Shown here piece after piece: positions 56,249 through 56,862 of a stretch of DNA of 56,862 bases. Source of the stretch: Bdellovibrionales bacterium (GTDB lineage: Bacteria > Bdellovibrionota > Bdellovibrionia > Bdellovibrionales > JAUICD01); NCBI GenBank assembly GCA_965197425.1, contig CBDANC010000006.1, forward strand, positions 1-56,862, given 5' to 3'. Position 1 is the first letter of the stretch. Each line of letters starts with the position of its first letter. The position numbers and the translations under genes were made by a program. The notes under the pieces were generated by a model. The model saw only the letters and a program-made list of their open reading frames with translations, was not told where the DNA came from and did not search any database.

Positions 56249-56862
56249 TTAAAAATTGATAGAACTGTTACAGTAAACATAGCCAGAGCTAATATTATTC
56301 AAACTTTCTGAATACAAAACAACTACTGTACTACCCAAAGAAAACATACCCAACTCATCACCAGCACTGATATTTAAGCTATAATTTTTTAACCCACCGT
56401 CAAATTTACTATCAAAGGATACTTTAATACAACCAACATTTGTAGCTCCCACAAAAACCACACATACCTTCTTACCTTCCCTAGTTTCAATTTCTACAAT
56501 CAACCTCTCATTTACAATAAATAAATCTTTTTTTAATTTTACCATTGTACGGTTAACAGGCCACAGCTGACCAGAAATTTTATAAGCCCTCTTAATCACA
56601 CCATCAACAGGAGAATGCACCCTATGATAATCCCTAGGAGATAAATAATATGTTATAAAATACCTGTAAATGGAAACTCCACTCGTAGTGGAAACTCCAC
56701 TCGTACATGAATAATCTTTGGTATTTAAAAATTTCTCTAAGCTATAAGAAACTCCCTTGGCCCCAATAAGTGTAGAGTTATCAACTTCACCAAAAGTGGT
56801 AATAGTAGAATCACAGGGATGAAGAGGGGGATGCTGAATTTCCCTAGCACCCGGCCTTAATC
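56249..56862 (-). CDS. psd: Phosphatidylserine decarboxylase (5' end outside window) with a 12-aa repeat insertion
   Basis: LRPGAR, YLSPRDYHRVHSP, NER, VGATNVG, FSLGST; two 18-bp units at 56670-56705. Confidence 0.93.
   Translation of the reverse strand, partial: LRPGAREIQHPPLHPCDSTITTFGEVDNSTLIGAKGVSYSLEKFLNTKDYSCTSGVSTTSGVSIYRYFITYYLSPRDYHRVHSPVDGVIKRAYKISGQLWPVNRTMVKLKKDLFIVNERLIVEIETREGKKVCVVFVGATNVGCIKVSFDSKFDGGLKNYSLNISAGDELGMFSLGSTVVVLYSESLNNISSGYVYCNSSINF

Overview
AT-rich bacterial chromosomal segment. Gene content suggests a Bdellovibrionota/Oligoflexia-like organism (inference): a Tad/Flp pilus cluster, a type IVa pilB-pilT-pilC-pilS-pilR cluster, DivIVA, and R-x-x-A-S motif proteins. 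Housekeeping genes include agmatinase (partial), acyl-CoA dehydrogenase, trpS-scpA-scpB, dprA, nhaA, ribD, dnaJ-dnaK, oppABC, coaC-coaB-coaX and psd (partial). Three very large exported or membrane proteins are also present. The main signal is two dense families of palindromic elements, with no transposase in the window. (1) An 18-bp unit (GTGGATACTCCACTCGTA-like; 22 units at 12 loci) sits mostly inside coding sequences, always in frame, including CoaB and Psd. (2) A modular 65-160 bp hairpin cassette (AAGGTCTTC...variable hairpin core...GTTGCCCAGC; about 15 units at 10 loci) has cores that keep structure rather than sequence. It carries a nested 66-bp module that also sits alone, in frame, inside a four-helix-bundle gene. 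Other notable points: a G16 tract that can fuse or unfuse the reading frame of a 1562-aa Cys-rich pilin-like protein, homopolymer frameshifts in fliA and in an adjacent SPOR gene, a degenerate PilT, and a 37-bp duplication giving the Flp pilin an alternative C-terminus.
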